Of a DNA stretch of 64,000 bases, positions 1 to 11,377 are shown in pieces. Below the pieces are notes generated by a model. That model had not been told where the DNA came from and did no database searches. It worked only from the letters and a program-made list of their open reading frames with translations. How positions within the stretch are numbered: position 1 is the first letter of the stretch; the number at the start of each line of letters is the position of its first letter. The stretch is from Macrostomum lignano (Eukaryota). The DNA is taken from contig NIVC01003343.1 of the NCBI GenBank assembly GCA_002269645.1, positions 39,201 through 103,200 on the forward strand, read 5' to 3'. A program made the translations under genes and the position numbers.

Positions 1-1152
1 ATAAAAAAGCAATTAGATAAATAGCATGCACGGTGAGCAATTATTTAGGCCCTAGACAAACCTACTTGGAGCGTCAGAGATTTTAAAGCTATTGATCCTA
101 ATCGCCTATCGCCGGTCGGCGAGTTCTACCAGTCTTCTCCAATAGCCGCAGGTACAGTACAAGAAAAGAAAGAACACGAGGGAACGCGAACCGAAAGATT
201 TAGAGAGTGATAATCCTATAAGAATAGCTAATAAACAATTGACTTGACGGTTTAATAACTAGTTAACTAGATAACTAGAGTTGACAAAACGACGATAACG
301 GTTAATAATAATAATTAGATTACGCAACTGGCAAGCAGATCTCAGCTGAGAAGAAGAGGAAGAGGAACCGAACACGACCACGGAGAAGACTCCTAACCCC
401 TGGCCTAAACCAGAACCTACTCTCAAACGAGAGCACTGCCGAATTGACCGTTCAACGGAGCACTGACTAAATTCTATCAGCGCTGCCCTTCAGTGTAACA
501 CTGAGGCCCTCGGGGTCGAGGCCGCGTACTTGATCAGATCCGACAGTCTCTATCTAAACCGCGCTTGATAGCGACGACGTCAGACAAGGATGCCGAATCG
601 TTACGCTACAAGACTAAAGCGGTTGGGCGGGGACAAAGTATGGACCGGGGATGACGAAATCAAAACGCCTCAAAGCGCGAACCAAAGGGAAACAGGCCAC
701 CGGCCGGGAAGCTGGAACACAAACCAAAACCGGGGACGGAGCAGGAAAGAGAAGGCGAGATCCGATTGCCAAATACACTTTCATATACAGTCAGAGTCAA
801 ACCCTCACAACCCCCCTCAAGCCGGGTGGTGGTCGTCTGGCCGGTCGCCCGTTAAGCTGATTTGCACTGTGCCCGCGGCGCCGGGTAGAACTGAAACTTG
901 CCGCGTGCCATGGTCCAGGCCGGTTCTGATTGGCTGGCCGCGCAAAGCTGGGGTTCGCAGAAAAAAACTCAACCCTCCGCTGAGTCACAATTGGCGTCTG
1001 ACTTCTAACCTGTTTACAATTAGATTTTAACTAACAAGAAAAGTACACCAAAACGCATGACTAAACTAAAGCAAAATAATAATTCAATAACAATATAGAA
1101 ACTAATGCAGTCAATTTACAAACAAAATACACGCAAAGATGCTCACACTACA
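1..1152 (-). mobile_element. LTR family A, copy 1 (5' LTR or solo LTR; last 4 bp lie outside the window)
   Basis: Reverse complement of 1860-3013 with scattered substitutions and indels. On the minus strand it starts TGTAGTGTGAGCATC at 1152. No polypurine tract lies immediately upstream, so it is not a 3' LTR. Confidence 0.85.
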
Positions 1153-1417
1153 CAAGTACAGCGCCAAGCACGCTTTTGAAGTTCTCGACGTTGGACGTGC
1201 GCCGACTAAAAGCAACAAAAACCGACTGGCGATGTGGATAGAGCACGAAATCGGTGACGAGGACTCGGAGATTTCGGAGAAGCTACGCCAGTACTGCCAG
1301 GACCGGAAAGAGCACGTCGATTGGCTGAGGAATCAGTTTAGTGAGGACAATAACGACCTACTGTCAATGAGGCTCAGTGTGGCGACGTGTGAGGTTAAAG
1401 TTGAAACTGAAAACTAG
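1153..1417 (+). other. Possible C-terminal fragment of an unknown coding sequence cut by the LTR
   Basis: Open frame with protein-like composition (KYSAKHAFEVLDVG...KVETEN*) followed by AT-rich sequence. The ORF-track ATG at 1139 lies inside the LTR. No family recognised. Confidence 0.25.
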
Positions 1418-1859
1418 GACAGCATGTACTGTACATCGTATTACCAGAATGAAATTGGACTAGCCACTGAAAATTATCTGCACTAACACACTACTTAGAC
1501 TGAAAGTTCTTAAAAATGTACACGATGGCTTTGAAACTGCAGTAGCCTAAATATAAAGTTAAATTCATTCTGACTTCACTCACTCTGACTAGACTCGAAC
1601 TGATTCTTGGTTAAATTATTTTAAGACGCATTTCCTACTACTGCAGCTCGGTAAAACCTAAAAATAAGTCATTTTCAAAGTTGTCGGTTTTAAAGTTCAA
1701 TCAAATTTGCGTTTAGATCTACCAACCAGAGTGTCGGGCTTACTGACTGACTTACTGAATTTAGCTGGGATATTAAACACACTGGTATCCAAAGCAGCTT
1801 AGATTAAAGAAACTGTGGTTACAGCTGAGAGTACTGGGATTACAGCATTAAACAACTGG

Positions 1860-3017
1860 TGTAGTGTGAGCATCTTTTGCGATAGCCTTGTATTCTATTA
1901 GTTAGGTTTTGCATTATTGTTATTGAATTGTTATTTTGCTTTAGTTTAGTCATGCGTTTTGGTGTACTTTTTTCTTGTTAGTTAGAATCTATTTTGCGTA
2001 AACAGGTTAGAAGTCAGACGCCATTTGTGACTCAGCGGAGGGTTGAGCTTTTGTCTGCGAACCCCAGCTTTGCGCGGCCAGCCAATCAGAACCGGCCTGG
2101 ACCCTGGCACGCGGCAAGTTCCAGTTCTACCCGGCGCCGCGGGCACAGTGCAAGTCGGCTTAGCGGGCGGCCGGCCAGACGACCACCACCCGGCTTGAGG
2201 GGGGTTTTGAGGGGTTGTGACTCTGACTATAAATGAAAGTGTGTTTGGCAATCGGATCTCACTTTTCCCCCTTCTTTCCCCGGTTCTTGGTTTTGTCCAG
2301 CTTCCCGGCCGGTGGCCTGTTTCCCTTTGATTCGCGCTTTGAGGCGTTCTGAATTCGTCATCCCCGGTCCATAGTTTTGTTCCCCGCCCGACCGCTTCAG
2401 TCTTGTAGCGTAACGATTCGGCATCCTTGTCTGACGTCGTCGCTATCAAGCGCGGTTTAGATAGAGACTGTCGGATCTGATCAAGTACGCGGCCTCGACC
2501 CCGAGGGCCTCAGTGTCACACTGAAAGGCAGTGCCGATAGAATTTAGTCAGTGCTCCGTTGAACGGTCGATTCGGCAGTGCTCTCGTTTGAGAGTAGGTT
2601 CTGGTTTAGGCCAGGGGTTAGGAGTCTTCTCCGTGGTCGTGTCCGGTTTTCTTCCTCTTCTTCTCAGCTGAGATCTGCTTGCCAGTTGCGTAATCTAATT
2701 ATTATTATTAACCGTTATCGTCGTTTTGTCAACTCTAGTTATCTAGTTAACTAGTTATTAAACCGTCAAGTCAATTGTTTATTAGCTATTCTTATAGGAT
2801 TATCACTCTCTAAATCTTTCGGTTCGCGTTCCCTCGTGTTCTTTCTTTTCTTGTACTGTACCTGCGGCTATTGGAGAAAGACTGGTAGAACTCGCCGACC
2901 GGCGATAGGCGATTAGGATTAATAGCTTTAAAATCTCTGACGCTCCAAGTAGGTTTGTCTAGGGCCTAAATAATTGCTCACCGTGCATGCTATTTATCTA
3001 ATTGCTTTTTTATCACA
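1860..3017 (+). mobile_element. LTR family A, copy 2: complete solo LTR (1158 bp)
   Basis: Termini TGTAGTG...TATCACA with a 4-bp TSD CTGG (1856-1859 and 3018-3021). Internal TGACTCA 2028-2034, CCAAT 2082-2086 and TATAAA 2228-2233 in U3-like order. Confidence 0.9.
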
Positions 3018-3835
3018 CTGGGATTAAAACAACTGATATAAAAGCATCAAAACAACTAAGATTAAAGCATTAAAACAACTGGGATTAAAGCCACTGGGAT
3101 TAAAGCAACTGGGATTCAAGAAATCGGGATTAAAGCAACTGGGATTAAAGCAACTGGGATTAAAGAAACCGGGATTAAATCAACTGGTATTAAAGCAGCT
3201 GGGATTAAAGCAACTGGTATTAAAGCAGCTGGGAATAAAGCAACTGGGAATAAAGAAACTGGGATTAAAGCAACTGGGATTAAAGCAACTGGGATTAAAG
3301 CAACTGGGATTAAAGAAACCGGGATTAAAGCAACTGGGATTAAAGCAACTGGGATTAAAGCAACTGGTATTAAAGCAGCTGGGATTAAAGCAACTGATAT
3401 TAAAGCAGCTGGGATTAAAGCAACTGGGATTAAAGCATCTGGGATTAAAGCAACTGGGATTAAAACAGCTGGGATTAAAGCAAATGGGATTAAAGCATCT
3501 GGGATTAAAGCAACTGGGATTAAAGCAACTGGGATTAAAGCAGCTGGGATTAAAGCAACTGGGATTAAAGCAGCTGGGATTAAAGCAACTGGGATTAAAG
3601 CAGCTGGGATTAAAGCAACTGGGATTAAAACAGCTGGGATTAAAGCAAATGGGATTAAAGCATCTGGGATTAAAGCAACTGGGATTAAAGCAACTGGGAT
3701 TAAAGCAGCTGGGATTAAAGCAACTGGGATTAAAACAGCTGGGATTAAAGCAAATGGGATTAAAGCAGCTGAGATTAAATCACTAAAACAACTGGGATTA
3801 AAGCAATTAGATTAAAGCATGATGGGGTTAGAGCA
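3018..3835. repeat. 15-bp minisatellite (GGGATTAAAGCAACT)n, about 50 copies
   Basis: Directly visible. Degenerate units also occur at about 1765-1859, to the left of the solo LTR. Confidence 0.95.
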
Positions 3836-3849
3836 ATGGGATTTAATCT

Positions 3850-4870
3850 ATAGCCTTCATAGTTCAGAGTCGGTTCATCCAGTTTCACCAGCAGTTCAGC
3901 GCACCAGACCGAAGAAGTTGCGGATCTCAGCCTCGGTCATTGTGTCATTCATGACTGCCACCGCCTTTCAGCATTCGCAAGTCGCCATGTTGAAATCCGA
4001 GGGTGACAGACAGGTGCAGTTGGGATTGCTTGCTTCAGAATATGGCCCTGACACAGCTTCACCTGCTCTGGCGGCACGAAGCCTCCGTTGGAGAAAAATG
4101 TTTGGCTTGAAAGAGACGCCGACGTTACGCTGACTTCCACGAGCCGACGAAGCTGTTTCTTAGCCACGAGCCGACGAATTCGGGTCAAACGAGTTCGTTT
4201 CCGGTGCAGTTTTGTAAGTATAATAACTCAAAGCGACTCTGTGGAGGTACAGGCCTTGGATAGTCGGTGTGCCGTCCCAGAAGGTGTCTCCATCGATCTT
4301 GGTGGTGCAGTCGTGGCTGTCAAGAATTGCTGCTTGCTTGATCTCCCGCTTGAGCCTGACCAGCCACGATAATGGCAGCTGGTAGTTCGCGAACTCCACG
4401 TTCTCCAGCCACATCTTGGACGACACTCCGTCGAGCTTGCCTCCCTCGCTGCTCCACTCCACATTCTCCGACATCCACTGATGTGTCTGGCCACCTGCAG
4501 GCCGCTCGAGCCAGCCTCGTAGAGGCACTCGATGATTCCTCTCGAATTTTGAGCCGCCTGAACTGTCAGATTCTCAGGCAGGCACTGCGGGCTGCTCGAG
4601 CGGTGCCAGGAGCTCGGTCGGCAGGCTCTCGCAGTAGACCAGCTGGGCCAAACAGGCCGCTGCAAGCAGAACGGAGACTGGAGTAGCGATGAAGCTGAAT
4701 GATGAGAAGGATGAATAACAAAATTTGCCAAATGGGGAGGGCGCGGCCGCGCCGCTCCGCGTATGCTCTGGTGGCGCAGAGCTGCGAAACTGACAGCGCA
4801 TTGTGCCGCTTTTTGAGTCCCCCCAGCAGAGCTGCCTCAAACACTGTCGCATATTTTTTTGATTCAAGCA
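3850..4870 (-). pseudogene. Disrupted coding-like sequence of unknown family, possibly secreted or membrane-anchored
   Basis: GC-rich. ORFs 4867-4574 and 4528-4160 share a frame and are separated by one TGA. The frame continues past a TAA to ...SNPNCTCLSPSDFNMATCEC* and beyond. There is a hydrophobic N-terminal segment, and protein-like stretches also occur in the other minus frames. Confidence 0.45.
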
Positions 4871-6945
4871 TCATCGAGCTTCAAGCTGCTTTTGTTTTTC
4901 CTTTCGTGCAATTGTTTTTTTATGTAAAATTTTCTGCTTCTATCGAAAAGAAGCGCTTGAATGAACCATCTGCTGTCATTCTAGACATTTTGAGACGGGG
5001 ACTGCTCAATATCAGGCACCGGAAACAAGCTTTTTTAGGCGCGAAAAAATCTACACTCTACTTCTCACCAAGGACCACTAGTAGATAACTACTTAAGTAG
5101 TCCGTGCTTCTCACCTTCAACCGCAAGCGACGTACGTGTCGCCTCTTTTCGGTAGGGTGTCGGTTTTAAATGTCGCTGAGTGTAGTGTACGCTTTATAAG
5201 TCTGATAATTTTAATTTAAACATTTTTCACAACTGCTTTGAGGAAGTGCATGTATTCTAAATTTAAGTATCCAGATGAAAACATTTGCAGTTTGTAGACT
5301 GCTCAGATGAAGTAGAAAAGACAGGAGAGGTGAGAGGGGAGAGGAGAGAAGAAAAAGAGACACAAACTTTGATTTTTATTGTAAAGTATCAAAAGACCCT
5401 AGGACCGGAGTTTGCTGAGCCTTAAGGTAAAACAATTGCTTTCGTGTTTATCTTTAATCATTTCTAAGACCTTTCTAAGAAAGAGCTGGTCGTATCAGTT
5501 TAAAGGTACATGCGCCGTAGGGCCGAACTAACTTATATAAATCACTCTCATAACTAAATAACTGATATCTACGAGTATTGCGCTGGTCCAGACTTTAACT
5601 GTAAGAGCACAAATAAATCCGCCAGCTTAAAGAAAAAAAAATTAATTAAGTCAATAAAAATGCCGCCTGCTTTTTGATCTCACTGAGAATTTTTTCGCAC
5701 TTACAATATAAGACTAATTGAATGCTAAATTAATTATTTTAGTTATTTTTTGCTGTTGTAAATAAAAAGCTTGATTTATGTACAACTGGATGGATATAAT
5801 TAACAAACTTCTAATAGTAATTAAAAATGAATTAATTAAATTTAGTAACAGTAAGTGGCCTATATTTTCCGCAAAGTTGAAAAAAAACACACACAATTAA
5901 CAGAGTTGAATAGATGGGAAACTACAAAGCGAATTACAATTTATAAAAAATGGTTTATATATATATGTGCGGATGCTTTCACCTTTGTTATAATAAAAGT
6001 TACTAATATCAAAACAAATAGAAACGAATTAAACATTTAAAACTGTACAAAACTACGGATATTATTTTAGGGCTACGATAAATTTATACGTTTAAGAGTA
6101 ATAGATATGATGCTGGTTGTTATGCACAAGCTACAATATTACTATAAGTAGGTCATTAATTAGCTAAAACAAATTAATGCATATATACAAGTTCAGTGAC
6201 TTAGTCAGAGACAGTGATAAGTGAATTATAGGTTAACAATTATACAATAAATATTAAAGTATGATATAATAAATTTAATGAACAAACTCATTTAAAAAAT
6301 ACAAAAAAAAACTTCAAGGCAGACGGGGATTTGGGATTTAGTCAGTGAGTACACTTGGTAGGTTAAAATGGCCAATAAGATAAAAAAGAATTGGTTAGAA
6401 AAAATAACAGAGAAAAAATTAAATTAAAAAAAACAAACAATGGGACTTAGCTGCCAAATCAAACATTTCAAGTCGAATAAAAAAGGACTAAAATAAAAAA
6501 TAAGTTAATGCCTGCACCTTGCTTACTTATAAGTAGCAGATCAATATATATAGTAATTAATTAAAAACAATATCAAAGGACGCAAGCACGCGTAAATTTA
6601 ATGAATCAGCTATTATTGACAACAATAACAATTGTTTATATATAGATAATTTATTATACACAAATGACTGCCTTTTGCGCAAAAGCTGCATATGCTCGCA
6701 CACACATGGATTTAGTGATAAGAAGAGATTAACAAGATAAATAATTTAGACAAAACAATGTATTTTTGATTTTTTTAATTAAAAAACGACCCAAACTTTG
6801 CTACTAAGAGTAGCATGCTTAAAAAAGAAGCATTAAAATTCCAAAAATTGGAAAATTAAGCGACAAAAAAGTTGCTAACAAAACTCGTGTCTTTCAGTTG
6901 GTTTTTAAAAAAAAATCAATCCGATGAATGAACCAATTTATTAGG

Positions 6946-7316
6946 CTAAGCCCGCTGATAGAATCTTGGCAGGAACCGGTTGGGCACCAGTTCGCAATAG
7001 CGAGTCCAGGCTAGGCCGTACTTAGCCGAGCAGTAAATCTCGTCACGCCTGGCTCGGTGCACCAGCAGCACAAGCAGGTAGGCTGGGTACAGCCAAGCCA
7101 ACGGCGCGTGAAACCCGGCAGCCAGGGACCAGGCAAACGCCATCACTAAGTCGCCAACAAAATTGGGATGACGGCACAGCGCCCAGCTGCCAGCGGCCAG
7201 TAGGTGACGGCCGCGAACACCGGTTGGCACGGTGCGACAGTTGGCAAACCGAGGCTGGTGCGGGTCGCGGCGGAATTCGTCTTTCATGTAGTTGGAGGCG
7301 CGGAAGATGAAGTAGC
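6946..7316 (-). CDS. LBR: Lamin B receptor / delta14-sterol reductase-like, last coding exon
   Basis: Acceptor ...ccgcAG at 7318-7317. Encodes LLAAGSWALCRHPNFVGD and VHRARRDE..C..KYG..W..YC..VP, the ERG4/ERG24 C-terminal signature. Phase matches exon 2. Confidence 0.92.
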
Positions 7317-7409
7317 CTGCGGATAGGTGCAAAAGGTTGAGCAGTAAGTTTATCTATATATCTGAATTGACTTGCCTGGCTGCAGAAATGAAACGTTTAT
7401 AAAACCCTA

Positions 7410-7675
7410 CAATTACAACAGGTGAAACCCTCAATTACAACAGTTGAAAACCTACAAGTACATCAGTTGAAGTCCCTACAGTTACAATAGGTGAAATTCC
7501 TACAACTACAACAGGTAAAACCCAACAACTACAACAGGTGAAAGCCTTCAATAACAGGTGAAACCCTTCAATAACAGGTGAAAACCTTCAATAACAGGTG
7601 AAGCCCTTTCAGTAACTGGTGAAACCTTTTAATAACAGGTGAAAACCTTCAATAACAGATAAAAACCTTCAATTC
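7410..7675. repeat. About 20-21-bp minisatellite (aataacaggtgaaaaccttc) in LBR intron 2
   Basis: Directly visible, degenerating leftwards. Confidence 0.85.
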
Positions 7676-7718
7676 TACAGGTAAGTCTCAAAAAAGTGCA
7701 AAAACACAATGAACTCAC

Positions 7719-8389
7719 CAAATAGGTTGATGAACAGGACACCAACAACGCAGTAAGCAGGCATGGTAGGCTGATTAGTAATCAGCTGCCTAGCGCTCAG
7801 ACTATAGAAGAAAGGCACCCAAGCCAGATTGCCGAACACCAGCATATAACCCAGTCCTTCGCGTTTAATATCGGTAGTAGTCAGAATCGATCGCTCAAAG
7901 AACAGCGCATCAGCTACGTAGATCAGATGCATAAAGGTCAGGGTAGCGAATGGCAATCCGATAATGCCGCCGTTAGCCTTGACCTGGAACATGAAAGCTA
8001 TATCCAGCAGCACCCAGCCAATCAGTCCTGGCCGCATCTCCAGAAAGAATTTCAAATCAATCCGACCGCCAAACAGACGCGGGTGCAGCTCCCGGCCCAT
8101 GAAGAATTCGTAGATGAAGTTGCACCGACCGCTAGCAGCCGAAGCTTTCATCGAGGAGGCAGCCTCGGCAGTCAGAGCCGAGTTCGGCACGCGCCTCGAA
8201 CGAGCATAGAGACCGATGGATAGCAGCAGGGAGAACAGGCTGGCACACACGGCTAGCCGAGTCAACTCAGAGCAGATGATGCTGCCAACTTTGATGCCAT
8301 ACCAATTAGCGCCAACTAAGGCTAGCATGGATACGATCAAGGCGAACAGGCCGTTGCAATGGTACAGGCCGCCCTCGTGTTGCACCCAC
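7719..8389 (-). CDS. LBR: LBR-like coding exon 2
   Basis: Acceptor ctctctAG (8391-8390), donor GTGAGT at 7718. Encodes NFIYEFFMGRELHPR, DLKFFLEMRPGLIGW and GYMLVFGNLAWVPFFYS. Confidence 0.92.
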
Positions 8390-8530
8390 CTAGAGAGGCG
8401 ATGGTTAAATATAATACCTGTTGAAAATAATACAATAACCAAGAAGCGCTAAAGACTCTTGCGACTTTTTTAACGATTGAGTTGTCGTCTGGAATCACTT
8501 CATAATAAATTTTGTATATTTTGCTTATTA

Positions 8531-8787
8531 GTAGTTAGAGCGTCGGGCTTTAAGGTTGGGGGTTCGATTCCCGATCTCACTGAAACAATTTGTGTCCTTG
8601 AGCAAGACTTAATACTTCAGTTTTACCCAGCTGTAAAATGGGTGCCAGAATTAGCTGGGGTAATTGAGGGTGTGTGTGGCGACCCTCCAGTCCTTGGACT
8701 GAACAGCCGTACGCAGCCTTCAGCAGCTGAGCTGTCGGTTGCACATCTGGCCTAACTGATACAGGTGTAATTAATAATTATTATTAT
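8531..8787 (+). mobile_element. tRNA-derived CORE-type SINE, copy 1 (LBR intron 1)
   Basis: B box GGTTCGATTCC, a MIR/CORE-like segment tgtgtccttgagcaag...cagctgtaaaatggg, and an (ATT)n tail. Homologous to copies at about 20295, 34535 and 57724. Confidence 0.85.
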
Positions 8788-8821
8788 CAATATGATAATA
8801 TATTTCCCATTATTGACTTAC

Positions 8822-9564
8822 TTTCCACCAATAGGCAGGCTATACAGCACCAGCTGAGCCAGCACCCAGCCTCCATAGATCAGAGCCGAACGAACGCTAA
8901 ACAAATCGGCCAGCGCCAGACTACCAGTGCTGCCAAATAAAAATCGATTCGACCGGCTAAAGGTAAGCTTGCCATCGGACAGCAGACTCAGCCACACCAG
9001 CGACACTGGCAGGCCGACAGTCATCAGAGCCGAGCCAATCGCGCCGCCAAATTCTCGGCCACGCCGTCCAGATCGGGTGGCGGTCGTTGAAGAAGTCGGA
9101 GTCGATACTCCACCGCTTCTAGTAGCAGTTGAAGTGCCGGCCGCAGCAGACTTTGTTGGAGACGATGAAGGCGAGCCGGGGCTGTGATTCACAGCTCTAG
9201 CGGATGAGCGGCGTTGCCTAGCAACAGTTGGCGTAGGCGGACGAGCCGCAGTCTTTTTAGGCTGTTTAGCAGCTGACTGCGGTGTGGACGTGTTCGAAGC
9301 TGGAGAAGCGGCCGGCTTTCTAGATCGCGATGAGCTCCGGGAGCGCGGCTTCGGCTGTTGCTGCTTCTGCTGCTTCTGCTGCGGAGTCCTCTTTTTCTCT
9401 GGAGCAGCTCGAGTCTTCGAACTGCTACGCTGGCGAGGTTTAGCAGTCGGGCTGGCAGATTTCGATCGGGATTTGCTGGAACTGCGCGATCGCTGAGCAG
9501 CCTGCTTGCCAGCTGCTGGGCTGGACTTACGGCTGGCCCGTTTCGATGTAGCAGTTGCTGGCAT
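8822..9564 (-). CDS. LBR: LBR-like coding exon 1: basic RS-rich N-terminus plus first transmembrane segments
   Basis: ATG at 9564 (acaacaATG). Encodes RSRSSSKSRSKSASP and RSRSSSRSRK tracts, then REFGGAIGSALMTVGLP. Donor GTAAGT at 8821. The three exons total 1785 nt (594 aa) in frame. Confidence 0.88.
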
Positions 9565-9866
9565 TGTTGTTGCAGATGCTTTTTGTTGAATCTTCTGGTT
9601 TATAATGACAATGGCAGACGTTTTTTTTGCTTTGGTAGTTTGTGTGCAACTTTCAATAGTTAGCAAGCAAGCCTTGGATAAATGACATGCAATAATTAAT
9701 TAATAATTATTTAATGTAAAAAAATTATGGGAACCTTGATCTACAGTTACTTATAAAAAAGCAAGCAAAACATTACCATAACTTTGGGTGAATGGCAAAA
9801 GTAACTATGACTCTATTATCAGGACAAAATCCCTTGTCATATAATGTGAGCTTTTTTGCAACTTAC

Positions 9867-9910
9867 CTTGGCTAGGCCCCATCCTAGGCCCTAGGCCCAG
9901 CTGGATTGGC
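9867..9910 (-). promoter_or_regulatory. Possible 5'-UTR exon and CCAAT element of LBR
   Basis: Minus-strand AAG|GTAAGT donor at 9867/9866 in a small GC-richer island, with CCAAT about 40 bp upstream. The matching acceptor is not established. Confidence 0.3.
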
Positions 9911-11224
9911 TGGGTGTATGATGTATATTAAGGACTATTTTAGTATATTAAAATTTATCTAAGAATCAAAATTTAATTTATGGTATCTTATTATTTGGAG
10001 AATGACAATAAAACTATAAATTGCATTTTGCAAAGCAGTAATGCAAAATAATCTAAAAGAAATTTAAAAAATGACATATGAAGTAAAAAAATCCACTACA
10101 CAATTCAAACATTATGTTATCTAAAACTTGGAAAATTGGACTTTTTGAGGAAGAATGGCTAATAATAACACTAAAGACAATGTGTACAAAATTTCAACAA
10201 AAACTTCTCTTACTTGACCAAAAAAATTATGATATCATTATGTCATACAACAAAATTCTATGACATAGCATCTAAAACAGCACAAATATTTTTTAAAATC
10301 TGTCTGAATTTCTTAGCTAGACTAGATTGTTAGCAAATTTGTCCATAGATTATGCATAACATATCTCTGTCACAAAATTTATTTGCTGCTAAATTAGACA
10401 GCTTTTATATAGTTTAGAAAAATTTAAAGGCAATGCTAATCCCCGTGGTACTAATTTTTTATTTATCTACTTAGCACATACAAAAAAGCTATCTTATCTA
10501 TATGCTATGAGAATGATTAACTTTTTATCCCCATGGCATACTGACGAGATAGAGCTCTATCTTATAGTATGATGATAAATAATTATATTATATTGAAATA
10601 AAAAACTTGCTACAAATTTAAATTATAAACACTTGAAATTATTCCTAGGCCTACAATACTATAGGGATAAGCACTGCTAAAATAAAGATTTTTAATAAAA
10701 AAAACAATTATTATTGTTGCGGCATTGCAACAATAAAAGACCTTTTTTGCATTGCAACTATATAGCTTAGCTTTTTGCATTTTGAATTTTATATGACATT
10801 GCAGATAAACAATGCTTATAAAAATGCTCTTTTGTTTGCAACCTAAATATATTGTTTGCTTTTTAGTTATTACAGTATTTATGTCTCTCAAAATTTGCAT
10901 ATAACACTCACTTCAAAAATGACAAGTAACACATCATGTTTTTAAATGACTAAAACTTTTTAATATAGTATAGCTATTACATAGCTTTGACTATGCAATC
11001 TATCCATAGTCTGGATCATGTTGGTTGCATGCCCGAACAAAAATTGATAGTTATAAATGCATGTCAAAAAATTAAATGCAAGCCCATTCTTAAAACTCTG
11101 CTGGTGTTCCAACAATAAATGACATTTTTTCATTGCACAATAGACCCTTCTTGACAGATAATTTGGTTATTTTTTCTGCTTTTTTGGCAATACTATTTAC
11201 AGTAGAAAATTGAAACCATACATA

Positions 11225-11377
11225 CACAACCTTGGGAATCATTCAGCCATTTCTATTGGCAACATACACATGTAAGTTGCTATTGGCTAAGAGCAATCAC
11301 GTGACTACTATTCTGTCCAATAATGATTTACATGTGTGTGTTGCCAATAGAAATAGCCAGGTAAATCCATAGGTTGT
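11225..11377. mobile_element. Small palindromic MITE-like element
   Basis: An arm of about 30 bp (gccatttctattggcaacatacacatgtaa) is mirrored by ttacatgtgtgtgttgccaatagaaatagc, with outer cacaacct/aggttgtg and central TCACGTGA. TSD not identified. Confidence 0.55.

Noticed and set aside
590-2449. ORFs 590-1030 and 1982-2449 as proteins
   Set aside because: They lie antisense within the LTR copies, and their frames are not conserved between the two copies.
2440-2680. Hammerhead or other ribozyme in the LTR hairpin cluster
   Set aside because: Short stems exist (tcagtg/cactga, ccgtt/aacgg, ctctc/gagag), but no CUGANGA...GAAA core was found on either strand by eye. An Infernal search would be needed.
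1-3013. A single DIRS, Penelope or foldback element with 1.15-kb inverted termini
   Set aside because: The right arm has its own TG...CA ends and 4-bp TSD within minisatellite sequence, so it is an independent LTR insertion.
3018-3835. Interstitial telomeric repeat
   Set aside because: The unit is 15 bp with GGGATT, not (TTAGGG)n.
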